Notes under the pieces: generated by a model
Database searches by the model: none
Told to the model about the DNA's origin: nothing
Seen by the model: the letters and a program-made list of their open reading frames with translations, nothing else
In this document: positions 24,301 to 39,675 of the stretch, piece by piece
How the letters are laid out: each line of letters begins with the position of its first letter
How positions within the stretch are numbered: position 1 is the first letter of the stretch
Position numbers and translations under genes: made by a program
Assembly (NCBI GenBank): GCA_030390025.1
Contig: CM059431.1
Span: 146,632,001-146,696,000, forward strand
From: Squalus acanthias
Lineage: Eukaryota
Reading direction: 5' to 3'
DNA: 64,000 bases

Positions 24301-27300
24301 AAGTGATTGGTAAGATACCATCAATGGATTGGGAAAGTCAATGGACCGATACCATCATTGGCATTGGGAAAGTGAGTGGACAGATACCATCAATAGATTG
24401 GGAAAGTGAATGGACAGCTACCAACAATGAAATGGGAAAGTGAATGGACAGATACCATCAATGGATTGGAAAGTGAATGGACAGATACCATCAATAGACT
24501 GGGAAACTGAATGGACAGATACCATCATGGATTGGGAAAGGTGATGGACAATTTTACCATCAATGGATGGGATAGTGAATGGACAGATATCATTAATTGA
24601 TTAGGGAAATCAATGCACACATTCCATCAATGGATTGTGAATGTGAATGGACAGATAAACATCAATGGATTGATAAAGTGAATGGACAAGATCCCATCAA
24701 TGGATTGAAAAGTGAATGGACAGATAGCATCAATGGATTGGGAAAGTGAGTGGACAGATACCATCACTGGACTGGGAAAGTGAATGGACAGATACTCAAT
24801 GGATTGTGAAAGTGAATGATACAGTTACCATCAATGGATTGGGAAAGTGAATGGACCGATATGATTAATGGATTGGGAAATTCAATGCACAGGACCTATT
24901 AATGGATTGAGAAGTGAATGGACAGATACCATCAATGGATTGGGAAGTGAATGGACAGTTACCATCAATGGATTGGGACAGTGAATGGACAGATATAATT
25001 AATGGATTAGGGGGATATCAATGGAACACATACCATTATGGATTGGGAAAGTGAATGGACAGATACCAATCAATGGATTGATAAAGTGAATGGACAGATA
25101 CCATCAATGGATTGGGAATGTTAATGGACAGATAGCATCAATGACTTGAAAAAGTGAAGGACAGATACCATCATGGTTGGGGAAAGTTAATCGGACAGAT
25201 ACCATTAATGGATTGAGAAAGATAATGACAGATACATCAATGGATTGGATAAAGTGAATGGACAGATACCATTAATGGATTGGAAAGTTAATGGACAGAT
25301 ACCATCAATGGATTGGGAAAGTGAATGGACAGATACATCAATGATTGGGAAGACTAATGGACAGATACCATCAATGGATTGGGAAAGTTAATGGACAGAA
25401 TACCATCAATGGATGGGAAAGTGAATGGAAGACTACCATAATGGATTGGGAAAGTGAAGGACAGCTACCATCAATGGATTGGGCAAGTGAATTGGACAGA
25501 TACCATAATGATTGGAAAGTGAATGGACGATACCATCAATGGATTGAGAAAGTGAATGGACAGATACATCAATGGATGGGAAAGTGAATGGACAGATACC
25601 ATCAACTGGACTGGGAAAAGTGAATGGACAGATACCATCAATGGATTGGGAAAGTGAATGGACAGATACCATCAATGGATTGGGAAAGTGAATGGACAGA
25701 TACCATCAATGGATTGGGAAAGTGAATGGACAGATACCATCAATGGATTGGGAAAGTGAATGGACAGATACCATCAATGGATTGGGAAAGTGAATGGACA
25801 GATACCATCAATGGATTGGGAAAGTGAATGGACAGATACCATCAATGGATTGGGAAAGTGAATGGACAGATACCATCAATGGATTGGGAAAGTGAATGGA
25901 CAGATACCATCAATGGATTGGGAAAGTGAATGGACAGATACCATCAATGGATTGGGAAAGTGAATGGACAGATACCATCAATGGATTGGGAAAGTGAATG
26001 GACAGATACCATCAATGGATTGGGAAAGTGAATGGACAGATACCATCAATGGATTGGGAAAGTGAATGGACAGATACCATCAATGGATTGGAAAGTGAAT
26101 GGACAGATACCATCAATGGATTGGGAAAGTGAATGGACAGATACCATCAATGGATTGGGAAAGTGAATGGACAGATACCATCAATGGATTGGGAAAGTGA
26201 ATGGACAGATACCATCAATGGATTGGGAAAGTGAATGGACAGATACCATCAATGGATTGGGAAAGTGAATGGACAGATACCATCAATGGATTGGGAAAGT
26301 GAATGGACAGATACCATCAATGGATTGGGAAAGTGAATGGACAGATACCATCAATGGATTGGGAAAGTGAATGGACAGATACCATCAATGGATTGGGAAA
26401 GTGAATGGACAGATACCATCAATGATTGGGAAAGTGAATGGACAGATACCATCAATGGATTGGGAAAGTGAATGGACAGATACCATCAATGGATTGGGAA
26501 AGTGAATGGACAGATACCATCAATGGATTGGGAAAGTGAATGGACAGATACCATCAATGGATTGGGAAAGTGAATGGACAGATACCATCAATGGATTGGG
26601 AAAGTGAATGGACAGATACCATCAATGGATTGGGAAAGTGAATGGACAGATACCATCAATGGATTGGGAAAGTGAATGGACAGATACCATCAATGGATTG
26701 GGAAAGTGAATGGACAGATACCATCAATGGATTGGGAAAGTGAATGGACAGATACCATCAATGGATTGGGAAAGTGAATGGACAGATACCATCAATGGAT
26801 TGGGAAAGTGAATGGACAGATACCATCAATGGATTGGGAAAGTGAATGGACAGATACCATCAATGGATTGGGAAAGTGAATGGACAGATACCATCAATGG
26901 ATTGGGAAAGTGAATGGACAGATACCATCAATGGATTGGGAAAGTGAATGGACAGATACCATCAATGGATTGGGAAAGTGAATGGACAGATACCATCAAT
27001 GGATTGGGAAAGTGAATGGACAGATACCATCAATGGATTGGGAAAGTGAATGGACAGATACCATCAATGGATTGGAAAGTGAATGGACAGATACCATCAA
27101 TGGATTGGATAAAGTGAATGGACAGATACCATCAATGGATTGGGAAAGTGAATGGACAGATACCATCAATGGATTGGAAAGTGAATGGACAGATACCATC
27201 AATGGATTGGGAAAGTGAATGGACAGATACCATCAATGGATTGGAAAAGTGAATGGACAGATACCATCAATGGATTGGGAAAGTGAATGGACAGATACCA

Positions 27301-30300
27301 TCAATGGATTGGGAAAGTGAATGGACAGATACCATCAATGGATTGGGAAAGTGAATGGACAGATACCATCAATGGATTGGGAAAGTGAATGGACAGATAC
27401 CATCAATGGATTGGGAAAGTGAATGGACAGATACCATCAATGGATTGGGAAAGTGAATGGACAGATACCATCAATGGATTGGGAAAGTGAATGGACAGAT
27501 ACCATCAATGGATTGGAAAGTGAATGGACAGATACCATCAATGGATTGGGAAAGTGAATGGACAGATACCATCAATGGATTGGGAAAGTGAATGGACAGA
27601 TACCATCAATGGATTGGGAAAGTGAATGGACAGATACCATCAATGGATTGGGAAAGTGAATGGACAGATACCATCAATGGATTGGGAAAGTGAATGGACA
27701 GATACCATCAATGGATTGGGAAAGTGAATGGACAGATACCATCAATGGATTGGGAAAGTGAATGGACAGATACCATCAATGGATTGGGAAAGTGAATGGA
27801 CAGATACCATCAATGGATTGGGAAAGTGAATGGACAGATACCATCAATGGATTGGGAAAGTGAATGGACAGATACCATCAATGGATTGGGAAGTGAATGG
27901 ACAGATACCATCAATGGATTGGGAAAGTGAATGGACAGATACCATCAATGGATTGGGAAAGTGAATGGACAGATACCATCAATGGATTGGGAAAGTGAAT
28001 GGACAGATACCATCAATGGATTGGGAAAGTGAATGGACAGATACCATCAATGGATTGGGAAAGTGAATGGACAGATACCATCAATGGATTGGGAAAGTGA
28101 ATGGACAGATACCATCAATGGATTGGGAAAGTGAATGGACAGATACCATCAATGGATTGGGAAAGTGAATGGACAGATACCATCAATGGATTGGGAAAGT
28201 GAATGGACAGATACCATCAATGGATTGGAAAGTGAATGGACAGATACCATCAATGGATTGGGAAAGTGAATGGACAGATACCATCAATGGATTGGGAAAG
28301 TGAATGGACAGATACCATCAATGGATTGGGAAAGTGAATGGACAGATACCATCAATGGATTGGGAAAGTGAATGGACAGATACCATCAATGGATTGGGAA
28401 AGTGAATGGACAGATACCATCAATGGATTGGGAAAGTGAATGGACAGATACCATCAATGGATTGGGAAAGTGAATGGACAGATACCATCAATGGATTGGA
28501 AAAGTGAATGGACAGATACCATTAATGGATTGGGAAAGTGAATGACAGATACCATCAATGGATTGGAAAAGTGAATGGACAGATACCATCAATGGATTGG
28601 GAAAGTGAATGGACAGATACCATCAATGGATTGGGAAAGTGAATGGACAGATACCATCAATAGATTGTAAAGTGAATGGACAGATACCATCAATGGATTG
28701 GGAAAGTGAATGGACAGATACCATCAATGGATTGGGAAAGTGAATGGACAGATACCATCAATGGATTGGGAAAGTGAATGGACAGATACCATCAATGGAT
28801 TGGGAAAGTGAATGGACAGATACCATCAATGGATTGGGAAAGTGAATGGACAGATACCATCAATGGATTGGAAAGTGAATGGACAGATACCATCAATGGA
28901 TTGGGAAAGTGAATGGACAGATACCATCAATGGATTGGGAAAGTGAATGGACAGATACCATCAATGGATTGGGAAAGTGAATGGACAGATACCATCAATG
29001 GATTGGGAAAGTGAATGGACAGATACCATCAATGGATTGGGAAAGTGAATGGACAGATACCATCAATGGATTGGGAAAGTGAATGGACAGATACCATCAA
29101 TGGATTGGGAAAGTGAATGGACAGATACCATCAATGGATTGGGAAAGTGAATGGACAGATACCATCAATGGATTGGGAAAGTGAATGGACAGATACCATC
29201 AATGGATTGGGAAAGTGAATGGACAGATACCATCAATGGATTGGGAAAGTGAATGGACAGATACCATCAATGGATTGGGAAAGTGAATGGACAGATACCA
29301 TCAATGGATTGGGAAGTGAATGGACAGATACCATCAATGGATTGGGAAAGTGAATGGACAGATACCATCAATGGATTGGGAAAGTGAATGGACAGATACC
29401 ATCAATGGATTGGGAAAGTGAATGGACAGATACCATCAATGGATGGGAAAGTGAATGGACAGATACCATCAATGGATTGGGAAAGTGAATGGACAGATAC
29501 CATCAATGGATTGGGAAAGTGAATGGACAGATACCATCAATGGATTGGGAAAGTGAATGGACAGATACCATCAATGGATTGGGAAAGTGAATGGACAGAT
29601 ACCATCAATGGATTGGGAAAGTGAATGGACAGATACCATCAATGGATTGGAAAGTGAATGGACAGATACCATCAATGGATTGGGAAAGTGAATGGACAGA
29701 TACCATCAATGGATTGGGAAAGTGAATGGACAGATACCATCAATGGATTGGGAAAGTGAATGGACAGATACCATCAATGGATTGGGAAAGTGAATGGACA
29801 GATACCATCAATGGATTGGGAAAGTGAATGGACAGATACCATCAATGGATTGGGAAAGTGAATGGACAGATACCATCAATGGATTGGGAAAGTGAATGGA
29901 CAGATACCATCAATGGATTGGGAAAGTGAATGGACAGATACCATCAATGGATTGGAAAGTGAATGGACAGATACCATCAATGGATTGGGAAAGTGAATGG
30001 ACAGATACCATCAATGGATTGAAAGTGAATGGACAGATACCATCAATGGATTGGGAAAGTGAATGGACAGATACCATCAATGGATTGGGAAAGTGAATGG
30101 ACAGATACCATCAATGGATTGGGAAAGTGAATGGACAGATACCATCAATGGATTGGGAAAGTGAATGGACAGATACCATCAATGGATTGGGAAAGTGAAT
30201 GGACAGATACCATCAATGGATTGGAAAGTGAATGGACAGATACCATCAATGGATTGGGAAAGTGAATGGACAGATACCATCAATGGATTGGGAAAGTGAA

Positions 30301-33300
30301 TGGACAGATACCATCAATGGATTGGGAAAGTGAATGGACAGATACCATCAATGGATTGGGAAAGTGAATGGACAGATACCATCAATGGATTGGGAAAGTG
30401 AATGGACAGATACCATCAATGGATTGGGAAGTGAATGGACAGATACCATCAATGGATTGGGAAAGTGAATGGACAGATACCATCAATGGATTGGGAAAGT
30501 GAATGGACAGATACCATCAATGGATTGGGAAAGTGAATGGACAGATACCATCAATGGATTGGGAAAGTGAATGGACAGATACCATCAATGGATTGGGAAA
30601 GTGAATGGACAGATACCATCAATGGATTGGGAAAGTGAATGGACAGATACCATCAATGGATTGGGAAAGTGAATGGACAGATACCATCAATGGATTGGAA
30701 AGTGAATGGACAGATACCATCAATGGATTGGGAAAGTGAATGGACAGATACCATCAATGGATTGGGAAAGTGAATGGACAGATACCATCAATGGATTGGG
30801 AAAGTGAATGGACAGATACCATCAATGGATTGGGAAAGTGAATGGACAGATACCATCAATGGATTGGGAAAGTGAATGGACAGATACCATCAATGGATTG
30901 GGAAAGTGAATGGACAGATACCATCAATGGATTGGGAAAGTGAATGGACAGATACCATCAATGGATTGGGAAAGTGAATGGACAGATACCATCAATGGAT
31001 TGGGAAAGTGAATGGACAGATACCATCAATGGATTGGGAAAGTGAATGGACAGATACCATCAATGGATTGGGAAAGTGAATGGACAGATACCATCAATGG
31101 ATTGGGAAAGTGAATGGACAGATACCATCAATGGATTGGGAAAGTGAATGGACAGATACCATCAATGGATTGGGAAAGTGAATGGACAGATACCATCAAT
31201 GGATTGGGAAAGTGAATGGACAGATACCATCAATGGATTGGGAAAGTGAATGGACAGATACCATCAATGGATTGGGAAGTGAATGGACAGATACCATCAA
31301 TGGATTGGGAAAGTGAATGGACAGATACCATCAATGGATTGGGAAAGTGAATGGACAGATACCATCAATGGATTGGGAAAGTGAATGGACAGATACCATC
31401 AATGGATTGGGAAAGTGAATGGACAGATACCATCAATGGATTGGGAAAGTGAATGGACAGATACCATCAATGGATTGGGAAAGTGAATGGACAGATACCA
31501 TCAATGGATTGGGAAAGTGAATGGACAGATACCATCAATGGATTGGGAAAGTGAATGGACAGATACCATCAATGGATTGGGAAAGTGAATGGACAGATAC
31601 CATCAATGGATTGGGAAAGTGAATGGACAGATACCATCAATGGATTGGGAAAGTGAATGGACAGATACCATCAATGGATTGGGAAAGTGAATGGACAGAT
31701 ACCATCAATGGATTGGAAAGTGAATGGACAGATACCATCAATGGATTGGGAAAGTGAATGGACAGATACCATCAATGGATTGGGAAAGTGAATGGACAGA
31801 TACCATCAATGGATTGGGAAAGTGAATGGACAGATACCATCAATGGATTGGGAAAGTGAATGGACAGATACCATCAATGGATTGGGAAAGTGAATGGACA
31901 GATACCATCAATGGATTGGGAAAGTGAATGGACAGATACCATCAATGGATTGGGAAAGTGAATGGACAGATACCATCAATGGATTGGGAAAGTGAATGGA
32001 CAGATACCATCAATGGATTGGGAAAGTGAATGGACAGATACCATCAATGGATTGGGAAAGTGAATGGACAGATACCATCAATGGATTGGGAAAGTGAATG
32101 GACAGATACCATCAATGGATGGGAAAGTGAATGGACAGATACCATCAATGGATTGGGAAAGTGAATGGACAGATACCATCAATGGATTGGGAAAGTGAAT
32201 GGACAGATACCATCAATGGATTGGGAAAGTGAATGGACAGATACCATCAATGGATTGGGAAAGTGAATGGACAGATACCATCAATGGATTGGGAAAGTGA
32301 ATGGACAGATACCATCAATGGATTGGGAAAGTGAATGGACAGATACCATCAATGGATTGGAAAGTGAATGGACAGATACCATCAATGGATTGGGAAAGTG
32401 AATGGACAGATACCATCAATGGATTGGGAAAGTGAATGGACAGATACCATCAATGGATTGGGAAAGTGAATGGACAGATACCATCAATGGATTGGGAAAG
32501 TGAATGGACAGATACCATCAATGGATTGAGAAAGTGAATGGACAGATACCATCAATGGATGGGAAAGTGAATGGACAGATACCATCAATGGATTGGGAAA
32601 GTGAATGGACAGATACCATCAATGGATTGAGAAAGTGAATGGACAGATACCATCAATGGATTGGGAAAGTGAATGGACAGATACCAGGATGGGAAAGTGA
32701 ATGGACAGATACCATCAATGGATTGGGAAAGTGAATGGACAGATACCATCAATGGATTGGGAAAGTGAATGGACAGATACCATCAAATGAATGGGAGACA
32801 TAAAGGGATTGGGGGAAAGTGAATGGACAGATACCATCAATGGATTGGGAAAGTGAATGGACAGATACCATCAATGGATTGGGAAAGTGAATGGACAGAT
32901 ACCATCAATGGATTGGGAAAGTGAATGGACAGATACCATCAATGGATTGGGAAAGTGAATGGACAGATACATCAATGGATGGAAAAGTGAATGGACAGAT
33001 ACCATCAATGGATTGGGAAAGTGAATGGACAGATACCATCAATGGATTGGGAAAGTGAATGGACAGATACCATCAATGGATTGGGAAAGTGAATGGACAG
33101 ATACCATCAATGGATTGGGAAAGTGAATGGACAGATACCATCAATGGATTGGGAAAGTGAATGGACAGATACCATCAATGGATTGGGAAAGTTAATGGAC
33201 AGATACCATCAATGGATTGAGAAAGTGAATGGACAGATACCATCAATGGATTGGAAAGTAATGGACAGATACCATCAATGGATTGGGAAAGTGAATGGAC

Positions 33301-36231
33301 AGATACCATCAATGGATTGGGAAAGTGAATGGACAGATACCATCAATGGATTGGGAAAGTGAATGGACAGATACCATCAATGGATGGGGAAAGTGAATGG
33401 ACAGATACCATCAATGGATTGGGAAAGTGAATGGACAGATACCATCAATGGATTGGGAAAGTGAATGGACAGATACCATCAATGGATTGGGAAGTGAATG
33501 GACAGATACCATCAATGGATTGGGAAAGTGAATGGACAGATACAATCAATGGATTGAGAAAGTGAATGGACAGATACCATCAATGGATGGGAAAGTGAAT
33601 GGAAGATACCATCAATGGATTGGGAAAGTGAATGGACAGATACCATCAATGGATTGGGAAAGTGAATGGACAGATACCATCAATGGATTGGGAAAGTGAA
33701 TGGACAGATACCATCATGGATTGGGAAAGTGAATGGACAGATACCATCAATGGATTGGGAAAGTGAATGGACAGATACCATCAATGGATTGGGAAAGTGA
33801 ATGGACAGATCCATCAATGGATTGGGAAAGTGAATGGACAGATACCATCAATGGATTGGGAAAGTGAATGACAGATACCATCAATGGATTGGAAAGTGAA
33901 TGCACACATACCATCAATGGATTGGAAAGTGAATGGACAGATACCATCAATGGATTGGGAAAGTGAATGGACAGATACCATCAATGGATTGGGAAAGTTA
34001 ATGGACAGATACCATCAATGGATTGGGAAAGTGAATGGACAGATACCATCAATGGATTGGGAAAGTGAATGGACAGATACCATCAATGGATTGGGAAAGT
34101 GAATGGACAGATACCATCATTGGATTGGGGAAGTGAATGGACAGATACCATCAATGGATTGAAAGTTAATGGACAGATACCATCAATGGATTGGGAAAGT
34201 GAATGGACAGATACCACGAATGGATTGAGAAAGTGAATGGACAGATACCATCAATGGATTGGAAAGTGAATGGACGATACCATCAATGGATTGGGAAAGT
34301 GAATGGACAGATAACATCAATGGATTGGGAAAGTGAATGGACAGATACCATCAATGGATTGGAAAGTGAATGGACAGATACCATCAATGGATTGGGAAAG
34401 TGAATGACAGATACCATCAATGATTGGAAAGTGAATGGACAGATACCATCAATGGATTGGGAAAGTGAATGGACAGATACCATCAATGGATTGGGAAAGT
34501 GAATGGACAGATACCATCAATGGATTGGGAAAGTGAATGGACAGATACCATCAATGGATTGGGAAAGTGAATGGACAGATACCATCAATGGATTGGAAAG
34601 TGAATGGACAGATACCATCAATGGATTGGGAAAGTGAATGGACGGATACCATCAATAGATTGGGAAAGTGAATGGACAGATACCATCAATGGATTGGGAA
34701 AGTGAATGGACAGATACCATCAATGGATTGGGAAAGTGAATGGACAGATACCATCAATGGATTGGGAAAGTGAATGACAGAAACCATCATTGGATTGGGA
34801 AAGTGAATGGACAGATACCATCAATGGATTGGGAAAGTGAATGGACAGATACCTCAATGGATTGGGAAAGTGAATGGACAGATACCATCAATCGATGGGA
34901 AAGTGAATGGACAGATACCATCAATGGATTGGGAAAGTGAATGGACAGATACCATCAATGGATTGGGAAAGTGAATGGACAGATACCATCAATGGATTGG
35001 AAAGTGAATGGACAGATACCATCAATGGATTGGGAAAGTGAATGGACGATACCATCAATGGATTGGAAAGTGAATGGACAGATACCATCAATGGATTGGG
35101 AAAGTGAATGGACAGATACCATCAATGGATTGGGAAAGTGAATGGACAGATACCATCAATGGATTGGGAAAGTGAATGGACAGATACCATCAATGGATTG
35201 GGAAAGTGAATGGACAGATACCATCAATGGATTGGGAAAGTGAATGGACAGATACCATCAATGGATTGGGAAAGTGAATGGACAGATACCATCAATGGAT
35301 TGGGAAAGTGAATGGACAGATACCATCAATAGATTGGGAAAGTGAATGGACAGATACCATCAATGGATTGGGAAAGTGAATGGACAGTTACCATCAATGG
35401 ATTGGGAAAGTGAATGGACAGATATCATTAATGGATTAGGGAAATCAATGCACACATACCATCAATGGATTGGGAAAGTGAATGGACAGATACCATCAAT
35501 GATTGGGAAAGTGAATGGACAGATACCATCAATGGATTGGGAAAGTTAATGAACAGATACCATCAATGGATTGGAAAAAGTGAATGGACAGATACCATCA
35601 ATGGATTGGGAAAGTGAATGGACAGATACCATCAATGGATTGGGAAAGTGAATGACAGATACCATCAATGGATTGGGAAAGTGAATGGACAGATACCATC
35701 AATGAACTGGGAAAGTGAATGGACAGATTCCATCAATGGATTGGGAAAGTGAATGGACAGAACCATCAATGGACTGGAAAGTGAATGGACAGATACCATC
35801 AATGGATTGGGAAAGTGAATGGACAGATACCATCAATGGATTGGGAAAGTGAATGACAGATACCATCAATGGATTAGGGAAATCAATGCACACATACCAT
35901 CAATGGATTGGGAAAGTGAATGGACAGATACCATCAATGGATTGGGAAAGTGAATGGACAGATACCATCAATGGATTGGGAAAGTGAATGGACAGATACC
36001 ATCAATGGATTGGGAAAGTGAATGGACAGATACCATCAATGGATTTGGAAAGTGAATGGACAGATACATCAATGGATTGGGAAAGTGAATGGACAGATAC
36101 CATCAATGGATTGGGATGTGAATGGACAGATACCATCAATGGATTGGGAAAGTGAATGGACAGATACCATCAATGGATTGGGAAAGTGAATGGACAGATA
36201 CCATCAATGGATTGGGAAAGTGAATGACAGA
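15396..36231 (+). repeat. 34-bp tandem satellite array (GGATTGGGAAAGTGAATGGACAGATACCATCAAT)n, ~610 monomers
   Basis: Directly visible; runs into the assembly gap. Confidence 0.99.
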
Positions 36232-36731
36232 NNNNNNNNNNNNNNNNNNNNNNNNNNNNNNNNNNNNNNNNNNNNNNNNNNNNNNNNNNNNNNNNNNNNN
36301 NNNNNNNNNNNNNNNNNNNNNNNNNNNNNNNNNNNNNNNNNNNNNNNNNNNNNNNNNNNNNNNNNNNNNNNNNNNNNNNNNNNNNNNNNNNNNNNNNNNN
36401 NNNNNNNNNNNNNNNNNNNNNNNNNNNNNNNNNNNNNNNNNNNNNNNNNNNNNNNNNNNNNNNNNNNNNNNNNNNNNNNNNNNNNNNNNNNNNNNNNNNN
36501 NNNNNNNNNNNNNNNNNNNNNNNNNNNNNNNNNNNNNNNNNNNNNNNNNNNNNNNNNNNNNNNNNNNNNNNNNNNNNNNNNNNNNNNNNNNNNNNNNNNN
36601 NNNNNNNNNNNNNNNNNNNNNNNNNNNNNNNNNNNNNNNNNNNNNNNNNNNNNNNNNNNNNNNNNNNNNNNNNNNNNNNNNNNNNNNNNNNNNNNNNNNN
36701 NNNNNNNNNNNNNNNNNNNNNNNNNNNNNNN
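36232..36731. other. Assembly gap (500 N)
   Basis: Run of N. Confidence 1.
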
Positions 36732-36924
36732 CGGTCTTGTTTGCAATTCTAACAAGTGTCTAATCGCCAAAAGTTTAATCGTTTTCGGCAGCTGCGCGAC
36801 CTGCTGTGTATTTTGAGCAGATTCCTGGTTTATTTTCCCGTGATGTGGTGATTCAGCGGGAGAATGAAAAGGTGTTTGAGAAACAATGATATATAGAAAG
36901 ATTCCCAACGTTTATCCTAATGGA

Positions 36925-36984
36925 AACCTCGTGGCGTAACGGAAGCGCGTCAGAAGGCTGCGTGTTCAAATCCCGTCAGGATCT
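36925..36984 (+). pseudogene. tRNA-Trp pseudogene lacking most of the anticodon arm
   Basis: acctcgtggcgtaacggaagcgcgtc|agaaggctgcgtgttcaaatcccgtc matches tRNA-Trp with ~12 nt deleted; TTTTT at 36992-36996. Confidence 0.8.
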
Positions 36985-37295
36985 GAGCTTCTTTTTAGCA
37001 TTGATTGGAGTCTGGATAATGTAACAAACAGACATAAACACACGTGTTCAGTAAAGTTTTCCGCACAGCTTCATAAACCCTGGCCACCTCCCCACTTCTC
37101 GGGGATCTCCGAATGCGCTTCATAGAGGTGTGATCAACAATATGGAAGCGAAATCCAAACTTTGGACCAAAAGTCTCCTCAAAGCTTACGGTTTTAAGAA
37201 GCGTCTTAAAGGAGGAGACGGAAGGGTTTGAGATGGAAATTCCAGGCAGTGAGGACAGGTTATGAAAGAATATTTGTAGTGTGAAGAGACCGGAG

Positions 37296-37455
37296 TCATA
37301 GAATCATGGAATCTCAGGATCATACAACCTGACTGCACAGAATGAGGCCATTCGGCTCGTCCTGCCTCTGCCGGCTCCTTGAAAGAACTGTTCAGATTAG
37401 TCCCAAACCCCAGATTTTTCCCCATAATCCTGCTAAGTAGTTCTCTTCAAATATA
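37296..37455 (-). mobile_element. Short CR1-type LINE/SINE 3'-end fragment
   Basis: tcatagaatcatggaatc tail repeats followed by gaggccattcggc, typical of a CR1 3' terminus read on the reverse strand. Confidence 0.6.
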
Positions 37456-37521
37456 TAAATAAAAACAGAAAATGCTGGAAATACTCAGCAGGGCAGGCAG
37501 CATCTCTGGAGAGAGAAACAG

Positions 37522-37558
37522 AGTTAACGTTTCAGGTCAATGACCATTCGTCAGAACT
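37522..37558 (-). ncRNA. Minimal type I hammerhead ribozyme motif in the Penelope terminus
   Basis: Minus strand agtt-CTGACGA-atggtcattgacct-GAAAC-GTT-aact: core boxes, stem II ggtc/gacc, stem I agtt/aact, palindromic AACGTT in place of stem III. Confidence 0.7.
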
Positions 37559-39675
37559 GGAAAAACGCTGGAGATCGAACAGTTTTTTTAATGAAGTGTG
37601 GGGGTAGGGAAAGGGGGGAGGGGAGGAAGGAACAAAAGGGATCGTCTGTGATAGGATGGAAGTCAGGAGAGAATAAGAGAGATTAAGAGAGATAAAGAGA
37701 TGATGAAAGCAAAAGGAGATGGTAATGGCAGAGGTTAAGAAACAAAAGATGGCTCTAGATGAAGTGTAAATGGCACTGGCAGAATGTAATACAGCTGACA
37801 TGTGGGAGAGAGAAAATTAAAAAAAAAATCAAATAAATGGAAAAAAAAAGAAAAGATAGGGGCAGAGGTTATGGTCTGAAATTGTTGAAATCTATGTTGA
37901 GTCCAGATGGCTGGAAAGTGCCTAATCGAAAGATGAGGTGCTGTTCCTCGAGCTCACGTTGAGCTTCATTGGAACAGTGTAAAAGGCCGAGGACGGTGAG
38001 GTCTGAGTGGGAGTGGGGAGGAGAATTAATGTGACAGGCGGCCGGAAGCTCGGGGTCCCCTTCTGGATCGAACGGAGGTGTTCCGCAAACCAGTCATCCA
38101 ATCTACGTTTGCTCTCCCCAATGTAGAGGAGACCATATTGCGAGCACCAAATACAGTATACTAAATTGCAAGAAGTACAAGTAAATTGCTGTTTCGCCTG
38201 GAAGGAGGATTTGGGGCCCTGGACAGTGGGAAGGGTGGAGGTAAAAGGGCATGTGTTGCATCTCCTGTGCTTGCACGGGAAGGTGCCGGGCAAAAGGTAA
38301 GGCGTGTTGGGGGTGATAGAGCAGTGGACCAGGGTGTCGCGGAGGGTGTGGTCCCTTCGGAACGCTGAAAGTGGAGGTGAGGGGTAGATGTGTTTGGTGG
38401 TGGGATCACGCTGGAGGTGGCGGAAATGGCGGAGGATGATCCGTTGAATGTGGAGGCTGGTGGGGTGAAAGATGAGGACAAGGGGAACCCTAGCGTGATT
38501 CTGGGAGGGAGGGGAAGGGGTGAGAGCAGAAGTACGAGAAATAGATCGGACATGGTCAAGGGCCATGTCAACCACAGTAGAGGGGAATCTTCGGTTTAGG
38601 ATAAATGAAGAAATGTCGGAAGCACTAGTATGTAAGGTGACATCGTCAGAGCAGATGCGGCGGAGATGGAGACACTGGGAGAATGGAATAGAGTCCTTCC
38701 AGGAAGCGGGGTGGGTGGAAGTGTAGTCGAGGTAGCTCTGGGAGTCAGTGGGCTTGTAGTGAATGTTTGTCAATAGCCTATCCCCAGAGATGGAGACAGA
38801 GAAGTCGAGGAATGGAAGGGAAGAGTCGAAGATTGACCATGTGAAGGGGTGGGAAGGGTGGAAATCGGAAGCAAAATGAATGAAATTTTCTAGTTCAGGG
38901 CGAGAGCAGGAAACAGCATCAATACAGTCAACAATCTATTGGAAAAAGAGGTGAGGGAGGGGACCCGAGTAGGACTGCAACAAAGAATGTTCCACATATC
39001 CCACGAAAAGGCAGGCATAGCTGGGACCCATGCGGGTTCCCGTAGCAACACCTTTAATTTCGAACAAGTGAGTGGAGTCAAAGTAGAAGATTTTCAATGT
39101 GAGAACAAGTTCAGCCAGGCGGAGGAGGGTGGTGCTGGATGGGGACTGGTTGGGCCTCTGTTCAAGGAAGAAGCGGAGCGCCCTCAGGCCGTCCTGGTGC
39201 GGGATGGAGGTGTAGAGGGATTGGACGTCCATTGTGAAAAGGAGACGTTTGGAGACAGGAAACTGGAAGCTGTTAAAGTGATGGAGGGCGTCGGAAGAGT
39301 CGTGGATGTAGGTGGGAAGAAACTGGACAAGGGGAGAACAAATAGAGTCGAGATAGGAAGAGAGAAGTTCGGTGGGGCAAGAACAGACTGAAACGATGGG
39401 TCTATCTGGGCAGTCCTGTTTGTGGAACTTGGGAAGGAGGTAGAAGCGGGCTGTGCGGGGTTGGGGAATTATGAGGTTGGCGGCAGTGGAGGGAAGATCT
39501 CCAGAGGAGATGAGTTCAATGACGGTCTTGGAAACGGTGGCTTGATGTTCGGTAGTGGGGTCATGGTCCAGGCGGAGGTAGGAGGAGGTGTCGGAGAGTT
39601 GGCGTTCAGCCTCCGCAAGGTAGAGGTCGGTTCGCCAAACAACAACAGCACCACCCTTGTCAGCAGGTTTAATGA

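Noticed and set aside
15396..36231. CRISPR-like array (34-bp repeats)
   Set aside because: Head-to-tail monomers with no unique spacers, no cas genes, and eukaryotic context
15396..36231. Satellite as an IRF/PRDM1/RBPJ binding array (GGGAAAGTGAA)
   Set aside because: Short motif matches are expected by chance; no support from sequence alone
36190..36908. ORFs of 179-234 aa spanning the gap
   Set aside because: Artefacts of N translated as X
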